From Octopus sinensis (lineage: Eukaryota), in NCBI RefSeq assembly GCF_006345805.1, contig NC_043007.1, positions 57,660,001-57,724,000 of the forward strand: a stretch of DNA of 64,000 nt, read 5' to 3'. A program made the position numbers and the translations under genes. The notes under the pieces are model-generated. The model was not told the origin of the DNA and made no database searches. It worked only from the letters and a program-made list of their open reading frames with translations. Shown here in pieces: positions 42,474-57,231 of the stretch (position 1 is the first letter of the stretch; each line of letters starts with the position of its first letter).

Positions 42474-43284
42474 GTAGATAGATAGATAGGTAGATAGATA
42501 GGTAGATAGATAATATATGTGTATGTACATACATACATGCATACATACATACATACATACATACATACATACATACATACATACATACAGATTTGCTTTT
42601 TCAGACGTGGAGAGAAATTACTCAATACTTACAATGTACTTATATATTTAAAAACTAAGGCTTCTTGAATCGTAATTCTGAGTTTCTCATTTCTGATCTT
42701 CCTAACGATTGAGGTAAAGACGCATTGTGACAAAATGGCTGCCAACAAAGAATACAAAAAAAAAACGTTATAAATTTTTTAACATATTCGTATAATTAAT
42801 GAACAAATTGATAATTTTGACTTCACTGAATTACAACCGAGATGGTGATGGTTGGAGGACTTGTGGTTGTGGGTTCAGTTTTTTTTTATAACTGACCAGT
42901 GGCTAAACAACAACTACGAACAATACTACAGCCAGCTCAATAGAATATATATTATTATGACTATGACTTGTTTTAATACATTCCCAAAGTTATCCACCAT
43001 CGAGATCGCAGAGTAGAAATTTATTTTAAAATGTTCCTAATAACAAGAAATCTACGGAGACTTAGGATGGTTGCTAGGTTAATGATTTGACGATTTCGAG
43101 TTACTGCAAGGTTATGTTCTTAATCCATTTCCTATCTCTGGGATCTGGTTTTCCTGTTACATCGTACCGTTACAACGTGTACTAAGGAATCTCACTCACT
43201 CTCTCTCTCTCTCTTCCTCTCTCTCTCTCTTCCTCTCTCTCTCGTTCTCTTTTTCCCCCTCTCTCTGCAGCCCACAACATATCG

Positions 43285-43800
43285 ACTTTGAAGTGCCTCA
43301 GAGTTCGGTTTTGTACCCAACACTTTTACTCCTGTACATCATCAACCTATTTTCCGTTACTTCCAGCATGATATCACTTGTCTTTCCTCTCAAACATGTT
43401 ACATCCAAGCGTCACCTTCTCGTAACCTACACACCTGACCCAAAACCGGCACTTAGTCTATGAATAGAGACCTCGACAAAATCCTCAGAGATCGTGCCAG
43501 TCTTGTCTCCTTCAACAGAACAAAATCACTATCACTACCTATATCAAGAAAATATTATCACACCTACCCAAACTAAACAAAAATATCGCGGAACGAGAAT
43601 CCCAAAGGTTTCATTATCCTGAGTCAGGATGACTGGCTTTCCACTTTAGGTACAGAAAATATTTCAGCCTCACACAACTACAAACCCTCTACGAAGCTCA
43701 GGTGAGATCCACATGGTGCTGTTGCTACGTTTACAGACACCCTAAACTGCATCTAAATAAGAGTCACTTGACTGACTGGTAAGGATTAGCTCCCCTGTTC
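43285..43800 (+). mobile_element. CR1/L2-group LINE reverse transcriptase fragment, degenerate
   Basis: VPQSSVLYPTLLLLYIINL (GVPQGSVL.PTLFLLYINDL-like), MNRDLDKIL..LVSFNRTK, KYFSLTQLQTLYEAQVRS. Confidence 0.75.
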
Positions 43801-44781
43801 TATCTCTTCCTAATTACCCCTCTTTCTCTCTCACTCTCTCTCTCCTCTTCCCCTTCTCTTTCTCTCAACCTCTGCTTCTTTGGTTCCTACTCCATGATAC
43901 TAGCTGCTCTTCTTCCACCACAAATCAGGCATTTCCGACTCACTCGTCTTCATTTCACTTGTCACCCATATTGTTTCTCCTCCCTCACCTCACGTTCAGA
44001 ACTAACAACGAGACCTTTGGAATTCAATCTCTGCACATGTTAGACCCTGTACTTGTCGATTTACAACTGCCCAAGAGAAACGTTATCGTCAATCTCACCA
44101 GTCGCGGAGGTCCTCTAAAGTCAACAGACAAAACCAATAAAAAAAAGTTTAAAGGCATCATTATGTTTCTGGAAGGGACAATTTATTCCACAGATCAGCT
44201 CGCTTGAGAAATCATAATGACCGGATGCAGCGACTAAAGGAAAACCCAGTACTTGACAGATACTTTAGTTTATCGACCCTTCATCGAAAAGATGAAATAT
44301 AGATAATATAAGATCGGTAAGACTTGAACGTAGAACATGAAAAATCATAACTAAATACTGTGGTGTGTGTGTGTACCGCCTGCAACAAGTCCGCGTTTTA
44401 CTCAACAAGAGAGAAATAATAGGGAAAATAGGGCGAAGAAATCCAGAACGGGAAGGAGAAGGAATTATAGAGAGAGAAGTGGAGAGAAAGAAAGAAATTT
44501 GGAGTAAGGAGAAAGGGAGAGAGAGATGAAGGGTGTGATTCTGCAAAAGTTTAGTGAATTTTAAACATTAGAAAGAGAGTGGAAGAGACGCGATTGTGAG
44601 TGTGTAGGCATATGTATGTGTGTGCGTGTGCATGTGTGTCTGTGCGTGTGCGTGTTTGTGTGTGTGCGTATGTGTGTATATTTGTATGTGTGTGTTTTTG
44701 TGCATGTGTATGTGTGTGTGTGCGTGTGCGTGAGTTTTTATGAATATTTATTTGTATGTCTGTGTACTTCTGTATGAATGA

Positions 44782-44842
<61 letters not shown>

Positions 44843-45609
44843 AGAAAGAATATGTGTGCCTGGGTAAATATATGTGTATTCACTTGTGTGTGTGTGTGTG
44901 TGTGTGTGTGTTTGTGTGTGTTTTGTGTGTATGCGCGTGTGTGTATGAGGATACAGATGTGTTTATGTGAGTGTGCGTGGGGAAGTGTACGAGAGAGAGA
45001 GAAAAAGAAAAAATGAGAAGGCGTTTTAAGATGAAGAAAGAAGGAATAAAAATAAGAATTGTTGTACAGACAGACAGACAGGCAGATAGACAGACAGATA
45101 GAAGGACGGACAGACAGGCAGAAAGGCAGACAGACGAGAGACAGAGAGACATGTGGAGGGATAGACAGACAGACAGATGTTATTGAAGGGAGGGCTGATA
45201 GTGAGTCTAATTTCGTAAGGACTATAGAAGATGGACCCAGGAGGAAATATATGGGTGGAGATGGAATTTGACCGGGTTGAGGTCATGGCATCTTGGTTCT
45301 TTGGACCAATCTCACCGAAGAAGTCGGTTAAAACGAACTTCTATAGACTTACTACAAGTGGCTAGCTCTGCAAGACGATATCTATCATCAGCGTCACCAC
45401 CGTCACCACCAACACCAACACAAGCTACAACAACGAAGTCTATAACAACATCGTTACCAACAACAAAACCATCGTTAATGACAACAACAACAACAACGAC
45501 AACATCACTAATAGCTGCCACTAACTACATTGACATCTTTAACAAGAACACTAGCAACAACACCAACAACACTAGCAACGCTAGCAACACCAAGTTCATT
45601 GTCATTTGG

Positions 45610-46027
45610 TCACCATAAGTAGATGACAATCACTAACGCCATCATGTCCATCATCACCACCACCACCACCATTATCGTCATCGTCGTCGTCATCGTCAAC
45701 ATCACTATCACCATGACCGCCATCGCCACCACTACCACGACAACTACCACCACGGCCACCATCACTATCATCACCACCACCATTATCATCATGACCATGA
45801 CCATGATCATCATCATCATTATCATCAGGCCATTCATCACCATCATCATCACGACGACCACCACTACCACCACCACTACCATCAATATCATCTTCATTAT
45901 CATAATCCTCATCATCAATATCGTCATCATCATCACCACCACCGACACCATCATCATCATCATCATCATCGTCATCATCACCACTACAACCGCCACCGCC
46001 ACCACCGCTACCATCATCATTATCATC

Positions 46028-46058
<31 letters not shown>

Positions 46059-46248
46059 CCACCACTGCCACCATCATCATCCTCATCATCAACACCACCA
46101 TCACCAACACCTCCACCACCGCCACCACCCTCATCGTCATCGTCATCACCATTGTCATCACTATCGTCACCAACATTAACAACATCATCATCATCACCAT
46201 CGTCACTACCATCACCACCACCATCACCACCACCACCATGACCACCGC

Positions 46249-46310
<62 letters not shown>

Positions 46311-46350
46311 ACATAATCAACGCCATCACAACCATCAGCTTTTCATATTG
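45610..46350. repeat. ~740-bp imperfect compound triplet array (CAT/CAC/CGT)
   Basis: Direct reading; the 244-251 aa ORFs on both strands are Thr/Ile or Met/Val homopolymers. Confidence 0.92.
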
Positions 46351-47055
46351 CTGGTAGTGACGCATTCAATTTACTAATATTGTAAGCGATGACAATGTGT
46401 GCATGTATGTATGTGCGTGTGCGTGTCTGTGTGTGTGTGTGTTTGTGTGTGTGTGTGCGTGTGCGTGTGTGTGTGTACAAAGTAGAGTCGTGGCGTTGGT
46501 GGTGTGGCAGTTATATTAAAGCAAATATTGGGCAATGAAGGTCAAAGAGATATAGATCGACAGCAAGATAGAGAGAGAGAGAGGGATAGAGAAAGTGAGA
46601 GGGAGAAGAGAGTGAGAGAGGAAGGGGAGAGAGAGAGGGTTATGAAAGAGAAAGAGATAAATGGAGTGCTAGTGGGTATGATGGATATGATGTGGTATTG
46701 TAATTGACAAGGGTGGGCTGTTGTTAAGAGAAGAAAAGAAAGGAAGTCTAGCGTATAGTTTTGTGGTGGTGATGGTCGTGGCGGTGGTGGTGGTGTCGCA
46801 GTGTGGTAGTGGTAGTGGTGAGGTGAAGATGGGAGGCGACACAGTGTTTGTGTGATGACACCGCGCTAATTGATCGATCGAAAATTTTAGCGTCCATTTC
46901 ATTTTTGCTTTGTTTTATTTTATTTTCGTCATTTGTTTTGTTTTTAGATGTATGTGTGTATATATATATGTATATATAGTTTTTTTAGCTTTGGTTATAG
47001 TTATGGATTTGGTTGTTGTGTTTTGTTTTTTAACATCCATCTATCAATACGATCC

Positions 47056-47250
<195 letters not shown>

Positions 47251-47499
47251 TCGTTGGCGATGAGTGGTTCTTGCAAGGGGCAAAAAGCAATCATCAGCTG
47301 GTATAGATGGATGGGGGGATGATCTGCCCCACAAGCTAGATTTTCCTTTGCTGGCAGATGTCTGTTAATAACTGACAATAAAATGGAAACATCCTCAACT
47401 GAGTTAACTGAGGAGCAGTGTCGTCACTGCTGCTGACGGAGAACGCGAGCAAGTGAAAATATAATCAACAATTACTACTTCTTGATATTTCAATGAGCG

Positions 47500-47700
47500 T
47501 GCAGTATTCAAGATTTTCACTTAGATTCAAGCAAAAAGGTTGACACTTGTCGACTGTAGTTTCGTCTGGAAGATACACGCCCGTGCGATTTCTGGTAGAT
47601 TTGTTCACGATAACTTTCAACTAATGCGATACATCGTAAAGAGAGTTGCTGATAAACTTGGTTTCGGGCAAACTCAGCTCCATTTGTAACAATCCAAAGG
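47500..47700 (+). mobile_element. Tx1/L1-type RT relic, highly degraded
   Basis: KRLTLV..AISGRFVHDNFQLMRYIVKRV parallels the KRLALV..AIP..IYDNLHFMQFIIERV segment near 1500-1620. Confidence 0.6.
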
Positions 47701-47780
47701 GCTTTGATAGAAAGGGGCTGAGGGAACGCTATTCTAGAAAAAATCTGGCAGAGATAAGGAACACTTAAACGTTTACGTCA

Positions 47781-48046
47781 GATATTTTTGTTTAGTTTGG
47801 GTAGGTGTGATAATATTTTCTTGATATAGGTAGTGATAGTGATTTTGTTCTGTTGAAGGAGACAAGACTGGCACGATCTCTGAGGATTTTGTCGAGGTCT
47901 CTTTTCATAGACTAAGTGCCGGTTTTGGGTCAGGTGTGTAGGTTACGAGAAGGTAACGCTTGGATATAACATGTTTGAGAGGAAAGACAAGTGATATCAT
48001 GCTGGAAGTAACGGAAAATAGGTTGATGATGTACAGGAGTAAAAGT
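47781..48046 (-). repeat. Inverted duplicate of 43322-43587 (266 bp)
   Basis: 3 mismatches in 266 bp; flanked by CGTCAG at 47776-47781 and 48049-48054. Confidence 0.95.
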
Positions 48047-48266
48047 TGCGTCAGTGTTTCTCAATTTATCGGCCCCTTTGATTCTTATTTTACTTGGATG
48101 GGACCCACCTACTCATTCGATGTTTAAAACCTCATATATTTTTATAATTAAATATCATTAGGAATTGTATAAGAAATTGTTAAAATATTTTGTGTATTTT
48201 AGAAGTACAACCAGTTTATTGCAGATAAATTTTAACAACAAAATCTTATATGGACCATATAGACCA

Positions 48267-48357
<91 letters not shown>

Positions 48358-48446
48358 TGTGTCTGTTTCTCTTCTGGTTTTAATCATTTAAATTCTTCCT
48401 CTGAAGGAGCTGGTTTCTGACAAACGTATCAAGCTCCATCAATACA

Positions 48447-49715
48447 TCAGGTCATCCCATAAGTTCTGTCCAATTTTACCTTTTTAAAAATTGAATGAAA
48501 TTTAATAGTATTTTAGAATGTCTAATGGAATTTAAAATTATTTCTATGCATTTGTGTACATTTAAACTAATTAAATATTATTTTACAGAATAATAGAATT
48601 AAAATTTCTTTGATTAAAACCCTTTCTAACATGGAAGTATCCAAAGAGTATTTGAGGTACATAATGCTTTATGAGTACAAAAAAGGGAATTCTGCAGCTG
48701 AAACGACTCGAAACATACACTCAGTTTATGGGAAAGAATGCTTGAATGAATGAACTTGCAGAAGATGGTTTGCAAAATTCAGAAGTGGAGATTTCAGCCT
48801 TGAAGATGAAGATCAAACAGGACGTCCACTTGAGTTTGATGATAAGCTCCTTGAGGTATTACTTGAAGAAAATCCTGCATTATCAGTTGAAGAATTGGCA
48901 ATAAAGCTTAGTTCAAACCATGCAACTGTTCATCGTCCTCTTCAACAACTTGGAAAATGGGTGCCTCATGAATTGTCCGAAAGCAACCGCCAATCCCGAG
49001 TTGACATCTGCTCTTCTCTCCATTCTCGTGAACTCATTTCATCTTTTTTGGATAGATTTCTGACTGGTGGCGAAAAATGGATCTCTATCGAAATGTTAAA
49101 CGTCGTAAACAGTGGCTTGGTAAAAGAGAAAAAGCTCAACCACAACTGAGAAGGGAACTTCATGGGAAAAGGTTCTTCTCTCTATCTGGTGGGATTGCAA
49201 AGGAGTAATTTACTTTGAATTGTTACCACCTAATGCAACAATCAATGTTCATGTCTTCTTTCAGCAATTAGAGAGTTTGAAACAAGCTTTGAAGAAAAAA
49301 AAAGACCCGCTTTAGTGAATCGAAAAGGAGTGATGTTTCATTAGTACAATGCGCGACCCCACACTACAAAGATCACATCACAGAAGTTCGGAGAGCTTAG
49401 TTGGGAAAAGTTCCTCATCCACCTTATTCTCCCGACCGTGCTCTTTCAGACTACCATTTGTTACGTAGATTACAGAATCATTTGGAGGACGTAACATTCG
49501 CAAGCCAGGAGGAGGCCGAAACTGACATTTCAGAGTTCTTCGCTTTGAAGTCAAAACAGTTTTACATTGATGGGATTAAAAAGCTTGTAAATAGATGGAA
49601 GGAAGTCATAGATAATCAGGGAAATTACATTGATGATTAAATTTCAATTAAATATAACATTTGATCACTTGTTTTCTCTATTCAAAATTCGGACAGAACT
49701 TATGGGATGACCTGA
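48447..49715 (+). mobile_element. mariner DNA transposon, full length (~1.27 kb)
   Basis: Perfect 25-bp TIRs tcaggtcatcccataagttctgtcc / ggacagaacttatgggatgacctga; TA on the right and CA on the left. Confidence 0.96.
48631..49640 (+). pseudogene. mariner transposase with stops and frameshifts
   Basis: MEVSKEYLRYIMLYEYKKG..RWFAKFRSGDFSLEDE..GRP, KWVPHELSE, FLTGGEKWI (decayed TGDEKW), HPPYSPDRALSDYHLLR..YIDD*. Confidence 0.93.
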
Positions 49716-49730
49716 TATGTAAGTTATAAT

Positions 49731-50042
49731 TCAGTTATATTTCAAGATTTCTTGCCAATAGAGAAAGAGCCGGTCCCCAACCTAGACCCAAGGCTCCTTC
49801 ATTGGAATTTCAGCAACATCAACAGGATATTTTTTATGTATGTACACGTGCAGATTTGCAAGTTTTGTTTTATGCATATATTCTATACATAGACCTGCTC
49901 ATATATACTTAAATGATAAACTTCTAGAAAGTTATACTGACTTTTACAGTTCCGGTGATGGCTTGAATCTATAGTCTTCGATTAACTTGTACCTTTCCGG
50001 TTTTAAAAAGCCTAATTTCTCAAGATTGGTACTCAGGCAGTG
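49731..50042 (+). repeat. Unclassified ~310-bp interspersed repeat, second copy at 59524-59860 (-)
   Basis: Colinear homology from tcagttatatttcaagatttcttgccaat to ctcaagattggt..gcagtg; both copies abut (TATG)n. Confidence 0.8.
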
Positions 50043-50072
50043 AGTATGTATGTATGTATGTATGTATGTATG

Positions 50073-50106
<34 letters not shown>

Positions 50107-50508
50107 TGTATGTATGTATGTATGTATGCATTTATGTAAGCATGCATGCATGTATATACGTATCTAGGTATCCGTGTGCGTATGTGTACCTATATACCTT
50201 TATGTGATATGATATATTTAACATATAAGGTCTTATCTTACGTTATATTTTCTTATGTTGAGTTATATTATATTATATTGATTTATTTTCCATCTGGCTT
50301 GCCTACCGTCCAAACTGGCGGCCACATAATGCTGATAGGTGATTACAAGAAGACATCTTTATCCGATGTGATATGACAAGTTCAGTTAAAGACGGAGCGG
50401 TTTGTATACACTGTATAATTCCATATACAGACATATGTTTTCCCACGATGTTACTGGCGTTTGACAAGTATATGTCTGCAAATACATACATATATATATA
50501 TATATACA

Positions 50509-50542
<34 letters not shown>

Positions 50543-50598
50543 CATGTACATATACATACAGACATGTAAACATATATATATTATATATATATATGCAT

Positions 50599-50652
<54 letters not shown>

Positions 50653-51217
50653 GTACGTACATACATACACATATGTGTGTGTCTGTGTGCATGTATATAC
50701 TCATATTTACACAAAGATACACTTTTATGTATGTGTGTATATTTATAGATATATATTTATATATAAGTATATATGTCTATATTTAGCTATCTACAATACA
50801 TATATACATATATATATACATACAAATATTAATATATGTATATATGTATATATATGTGTATGTGTGTTTCTCTGTGTTTGTGGGTGTATATGTATGTATA
50901 TACGTTTGTGTATGTGTCTGTATATATATATAGGAGATCAGTGACTATATATATATATATATAATATATATATATATAATTGATAGGTTCACATTTATTT
51001 TTCGTGTAAATACGTTTGTGCAAGATTTGACATTTAAAAATTTTTTAAGTAAATGTAAAACCAAAAACTCTAAATTATTATGGGCATTTATCTCATTTAT
51101 TTTACTCTTGCTTTTCTTAGATTTAGTGTTTTTTCCTTATTCCTATTTATTAATAAACGTCATATTTTCCAATAAAATATATCTAGACTCGTCTTATCAC
51201 TTATCCCGAGAACACAA

Positions 51218-51253
<36 letters not shown>

Positions 51254-51922
51254 TATATATATATATATATATGTAAATATACACACGTACACATATGTAT
51301 GTATACTTTTATATATATGTATATATATATGTATATATATATATTTATGTATATATACATATATATATATACTTTTATTTGCGTGTAAGTGTATATTTTA
51401 CGTGTATTATATATGTGCATATATGTAAATATGTAGTATGTATATCTAAAAATATTAATCGGAAAAAAAAATCATAGGTAATAAATTTGCGAACTTAATT
51501 AATTCATCATATCATCTTGTTAACATACACGCACTCATACCTCAACAACAACAACTATAGCAGACAACGAAATGAATGTTAAACCAGTCCGGGCACGCAT
51601 ACGTGCAGAGGACACTCAATGAATCGCGGTTTTTTCTTGTGTTTTGCCGCCAATTTATCCTAGGTGCACAGCCGTCTTGCTATGTGCGTGTCAAACTGTG
51701 AGCATATAAGTCCGACTCACTTTTTCATAATTGCTGTTTAAAACATCACGTATATCCTTATGTATTTGTATATATGCGTTTGTGTTTGCGTGTATGTATG
51801 TGTATGAATGTGTGTATGTGTGAGTGAGTGTGCGTGTGCGTGTGTGTGTGTGTGCGTGTGTTTGTGCGTGTGTGTGTGCGTGTGTGTGTATATGTGTGTT
51901 TTTGTGTGCGTACGTGTGTGTA

Positions 51923-51967
<45 letters not shown>

Positions 51968-51994
51968 TGTGTGTGTGTGTGTGCGTGTGTTTTA

Positions 51995-52155
51995 TCTTTG
52001 TTTCAGTCATTAGGTTTCGGCCATGCTGAGGCGTCAAATTGCAGAATTTTTTCGTCGAATGTTTCGACCTCAGGATTTTTTTTAAGCCCGGTACTTATGC
52101 TATCCTTACCTTTTGCCGAACCGCTATGTTACGGGAACGTAAACACACCAGGACC
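51995..52155 (-). mobile_element. SINE family A, 3' half
   Basis: tgtttcagtcatt..ggccatgctg..gccgaaccgctatgttacgggaacgtaaacacacca. Confidence 0.8.
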
Positions 52156-52156
52156 G

Positions 52157-52201
<45 letters not shown>

Positions 52202-52758
52202 TATCTTGAGATGATGGAATAACGGAGTCAATATACATTCTATATTCTTCATGAACAATATCCTAAATATTCAATTTTGGATTTCAATTTTATTTCACCT
52301 GAAGAAAACGGTTTTTTTTAATGACTTAAGCTGTTTTTTGTTTTTCAATACAAAATCCGTCTGAAACAGCTGTAGTGAAACTCAGGTTATTTGTGTTATT
52401 ATTTACACTACACCACGACGGGAGCCCTTCTTGCTTTGGCTCTTGAGCTTAATGGACTGCATGCCAGAGTATGTCTGCTTACGGTTTGACATATACTCGG
52501 GTACTTATATTGTTGAGTGTATTAGTTCTGTCCATGTGAATGTCAATGTACGTGAAAGGTAAGTCTTTATATACATTAGTATGTACATGAGAGTCCATCT
52601 GTACTGTTGATACATGGATATGCTGTTCTTGACCCTACTTTGGTAACTTTATTATTAGAATACTTTGATTCTCTGGGGTCCTGTAAATATCTAATATACA
52701 CATACATACATTCATACATACATACATACATACATACATACATACATACATACATACA

Positions 52759-52790
<32 letters not shown>

Positions 52791-52792
52791 GC

Positions 52793-53415
52793 AGGTAATA
52801 AATCTGGCGAATAGGATCGGTGCAGAAGCGATACCATGTTGTTTTTGGTGAGAAACTCATAAGTGGAGAGAGTTCGATGACAGGATGCATTGTTATCGTG
52901 AAAAACCCAATTCTATGCGCACCACAGATCCAGTCGCTTTCGTCGAATGTCCTCCTTCAAACGCTTCAAAACATTGCAGAACTCTCGATTGACCGTCTAG
53001 TCTTGGGTGACGAATTCCCGGGGGTAACGCTCATGGCAGGTTTTCCAGATGCTCATCCTCTTCCAGGAATGTTTTCCGTTTTTGACGCGTTTGTGCCACT
53101 CGAAACATTGCATACCACCCATTTCCACGTCACCGTAAGCTTGCTAAAGCATTCTCAATGTCTTTGTAGCAGATTTCCGAAGGTTAACGCAAAATTCCAC
53201 GTTGGCTCTTTGTTCCGACTTCCTGTCCATGACAAAATCGCAGACTACAGCATACACGTGATCACAAAAACATAAACTTCACGACTTGCAAACTACACAC
53301 AACAGCATCACTCGACACATTGCCTCATGAAGCTCACTGCTAGCTCTCATTACGCACGCAACCGTGTGCTTCCATCTGTTGACGCGCTACAGAACTAGTC
53401 CGGGAACTTTGTGTT
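52793..53415 (-). mobile_element. mariner element, internally deleted and 3'-truncated
   Basis: Minus strand MDRKSEQRANVEFCVNLRKSATKTLRML..AYGD..CFEWHKR, jumping to NWVFHDNNASCHR..FLTKNNMVSL..SYSPDL. Confidence 0.85.
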
Positions 53416-53483
53416 GTCACTTAGTACACACACACACTTGCATACTCACATACATACTTATATTACACTAAATAAACAATTAT

Positions 53484-53950
53484 AGGCGCAGATATGTTTG
53501 TGTGGCAAGTTTGCTTCCCAACCATATGGTTCCGGTTTCAGTCCCACTGCGTAACGCCTTGGGCCAGTGTCTTCTACTAAATCCTCAGGCTGACCAAAGC
53601 CTTGTGAGTGGATTTGGTAAACGGAAACTAAAAGACCGTCGTATATATATATAAATAGACATGTGTGTTTGTATATATGTGTGTGTGTGTGTGTTTGTGT
53701 GTGTGTACATCTATGTGTGTTTGTCTGTGTTTGTGTTTGTCTTTGTGTTTGTGTTTGTCTGCTACCACCACTTTACAACAGGTGTTGGTATGTTTACGTC
53801 CCTGTAACTGAGGGGTTCAGTAAAAGACCGACAGAATAAGTACCTGGCTTAAAAAGAAAATAAGTACTGGGGTTGATTAGTTCGTCTGAAATTTTTGAAG
53901 CTGGTGCCCCAGCGTGGCCGCTGTCTACTGACTGAAAGAATATAAAAAGG
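53484..53950 (+). mobile_element. SINE family A, full length with internal (TG)n
   Basis: aggcgcag..ggtttcagtcccactgcg..ccttgggccagtgtcttctact..ccgtcg-(TA/TG)n-..taagtactggggttgat..gactgaaag. Confidence 0.88.
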
Positions 53951-54784
53951 AAAAAAGGAAAAAGAATTAGTTTTAAGAAAGAATTTTCAGTAAAATATAC
54001 ATTTTGTTCTTGATTGTTTTTATCATTTCACACAATTACCAATAATGGTATTAACAACCATTTGGAAGTAAAGGAATGCGCGTCACATATTCCCGTTTCT
54101 TTAGGACAAACACTAAGAACGTGCACACCATTAATGGCTAGAAAGACATTTTATAGAGGGAGCGTGTTCTTTTTTCTATTTTCATCCCCTCTATCATATA
54201 TTCCATTGTATTTGATGCAGTTGTATTTTGCTTGGTGATCTGACGTGTTTTTAAATAAATAAGGCAATGTCTGCCTGTCCTAGCAACTGGCTACCACTCA
54301 CCTTACACCACTACCACCGCCACCATACTACCACCACCACCATCCATCCATTTACATTCCTCCTCATGCGAGGTATGCCAACCCACCGCCACCTCATATG
54401 CAATTCACCAGTGTCTTCTATTTCATGATCACATTACCACCAGAACTTATCTCATAATATTTGATGAGTGATTCACATTTAGATGAAACACAGGCAGAGA
54501 TCGCCATGAAGATCTGACATTGTTTCCACTGCCAAGTTTGATGTAATGTTTTGAAGAGACGTCGTAATTTATATCAAGACAATTTGCTAGCTACAAGGAA
54601 GATGGCTATTGACAGAGAAAGTGAGAGAGTGAGAGAGTGAGAGAGAGGGGGAAAGTGAAAGAGGACGAAAGAGAGAGAGAGAGATGAGAGTTAGAAAGAG
54701 ATGCAGATAGATCGACCGAAAAGAGAAGAGTGACATAGAGAGAGGAGTGAAAAAAAGGAGAGATAGGAAGACAGACAGAGAGAC

Positions 54785-54817
<33 letters not shown>

Positions 54818-55489
54818 GAAAGAAAGGTAAATTTAAGAAGACAATTGAGAATGTGCGAGAAGAGGAGAAAGAGGGGAAATGCGAAAGACGAATTGAGAAG
54901 GAGAATAAAGAGACAGATAGACAGACAGACATAGATAGTCTGAGAGAGAAGAGGAAAAGCTGAAGTTTGAGACAATTAAGGATATGAAAAATGAATCAGA
55001 AAATAATAGGACTGATGGGAAAGAGTGGAGGAAATCGAGAGAGAAAGAGGGAGAGAGAGAAAGAGGGAGAGAGAGAAAGAAAGTGCGAGAGAGGAGAGAA
55101 AGAGAGAGAGGGAGGGAAGGAGAGAGAGAGAGCGGGGACCTGAAAGAAACAGAAACGATACAAAGAAAAGGTATGAGAGCTATACAGAAAATGAAAAAGA
55201 GAGACGGAACAGACACAGGGAGAGAGCGATGTGGGAGAGAGAGCAATAGGGAGAGTAAGATGAAAAGAAAAGGCAGGGACGTATCTGAGAGAGATAAAAA
55301 GAGAGAGATAGTCCGATAAGGGGGAAAGGCAAAATAAAGAAAGAAAAGGTTAAGAGCACAAATGAGTGAAGGTAGATGAGAGGGAGAGAGAGAATGATAG
55401 GGAGAGATATAAGAGGAGAGTGAGAAAGAGAAAGAGAAAGAGAAAGAGAGATGAACAGATTATTGAGAGAAGTACAGAAATAGTATGTG

Positions 55490-55660
55490 TACGTGCACCC
55501 TTGTGTGTATGTATGCGTGTGTATGTGTATGTGTGTGCGTGCACCCTTGTGTGTATGTGTATGTGTGTGTGAGAGAGAGAGTGTGTGTGCGTGCACCCTT
55601 GTGTGTATGTATGCGTGTGTATGTGTGTGTGCGTGCACCCTTGTGTGTATATATGCGTGT
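55490..55660. repeat. Minisatellite, four units containing cgtgcacccttgtgtgtat
   Basis: gcaccctt motif recurs at ~42-52-bp spacing within TG-rich DNA. Confidence 0.8.
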
Positions 55661-55799
55661 GTATGTGTATGTGTTTGTGTGTCTGTGAAAGAGAGAGTGA
55701 ATGTGTGCGTGCCTGTGTGTGTGTAAGTGTGTGTACGCGGGTGCGCGTGTGTTTACGTCTGCGTAAGCATGGCTGAAAGTCATTTAATGTATTTTTTTC

Positions 55800-56790
55800 T
55801 TTTCAGGCTTAATCCATTTGAAATAATTAAGATAAGGGAGTTAGTCGGTTATATCAACCCTCAGTATGCCGTTGATAATTATTTTAGAAAGGAGTTTCAG
55901 ACAGACCCTCTTACGCTGCTTACCATATCTCGATACACAAAAATAAGTTTTAAATGGAAGGAACTTCGACTTCATTTATAACAAGAAACGTTTATAATAA
56001 AAATTCCGTAAGAAGGCGGACATGGACGAGCCCCACAAATAAAGAAGTGTATTACCAGGTTTCAAGAAAATCTCTATGGCAAGAAGGTCGATAACATTTC
56101 AAATCAAGTGCCCTTCGCATTTTGAAGCGCTGTAATTGGAAAATTTACTTTCCAAGTATAGTCCAACAAGATGATTCAGACAAAAAGTGAAGTTACGCAA
56201 GTTATATGTGGCAAGATGAGTAGGGGATACCCACTTTTGAACAAAGAATTTTTGATGTGATGAAGCTACATTTAAATTAAATTGCTCACTTAACCGCAAC
56301 AACTGCACCAACTAAACACCTGAGAATCCGTATATTACAGAAGAAGATCGTGCTGATTTTCTGGGAGCTGGAGTTACAGTATGGTGCAGCTTACCATCAA
56401 AAGGATTAATTTGACCATTATTTTTTGAGAAGTAGTTTAATTGGTTTCATTTACTTAAACTTACTGTATCTATCTGTCATGCCAAGCATTCAAGAGGAAT
56501 TTTAAAAAGGAGAATGTTATTTTAAGCAAGAAGGGGTCCAGAATACCATAGTAACATAAGGACCTGCTTTGAATTTTTCCAAACAATTTGGTTGAATTAG
56601 ACTTTTTTTAATGGGAATAAAATTTTCGGTACAAAACCGGCAACTGTCGACGAATTGAGGGCAGCCATTGTACAAGAATGCGCACGAAAACCGAACCAAA
56701 TATTTCTCGATCTTTGTGATTTCATTGTTTTGTGTTAACATAAATGACTGATCCAAAACGGTCATCAGTTTCAAAAAAGAAAACTACATT
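55800..56790 (+). mobile_element. Tc1/mariner-superfamily transposase relic, heavily decayed
   Basis: CDEATFKLN..NRNNCT..PENP, GVTVWCSL..KGLI.PLFF, MPSIQEEF, LDFF..GIKFSV/FGTKPATVDELRAAIVQEC, ..QNGHQF across frames. Confidence 0.75.
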
Positions 56791-57020
56791 TTGTTAGCAA
56801 ATTCTACGAAATTTTGAAAATGAAATCTATTTTAATAAAAACTGGTTTTATAGTCTTCCTATCTGTGGGGATACACCGGATAATAACATTTTATACTTGT
56901 GTATATAGATTTCTAGGTATTTATATATTACTGACGTCCACTAAAATTTCACCTACCGCCTCCAACTAGCCTCTATTTCTCGCTCACGCCTTCCTGACAA
57001 TTTTATTTTAAATTTATTCC

Positions 57021-57075
<55 letters not shown>

Positions 57076-57231
57076 AATATATATATAGAGAGATATTTAA
57101 AAAATAGGATAAAATCTTAATAAGAAATTATCATGTAGTTAGCGTGAAAAACCTCATAAGAGAAAAAAATCTGTAAATTTTTCACTTGAAAATATTTATT
57201 TATATTATATAGAGGGCATTATTACACATAA

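Noticed and set aside
55793-55981. Apparent splice acceptor (ttttttttcttttcag) followed by a 58-codon open frame
   Set aside because: It runs into a decayed Tc1/mariner-type transposase, so it is better explained as a transposon relic than a host exon; no donor site or partner exon was found.
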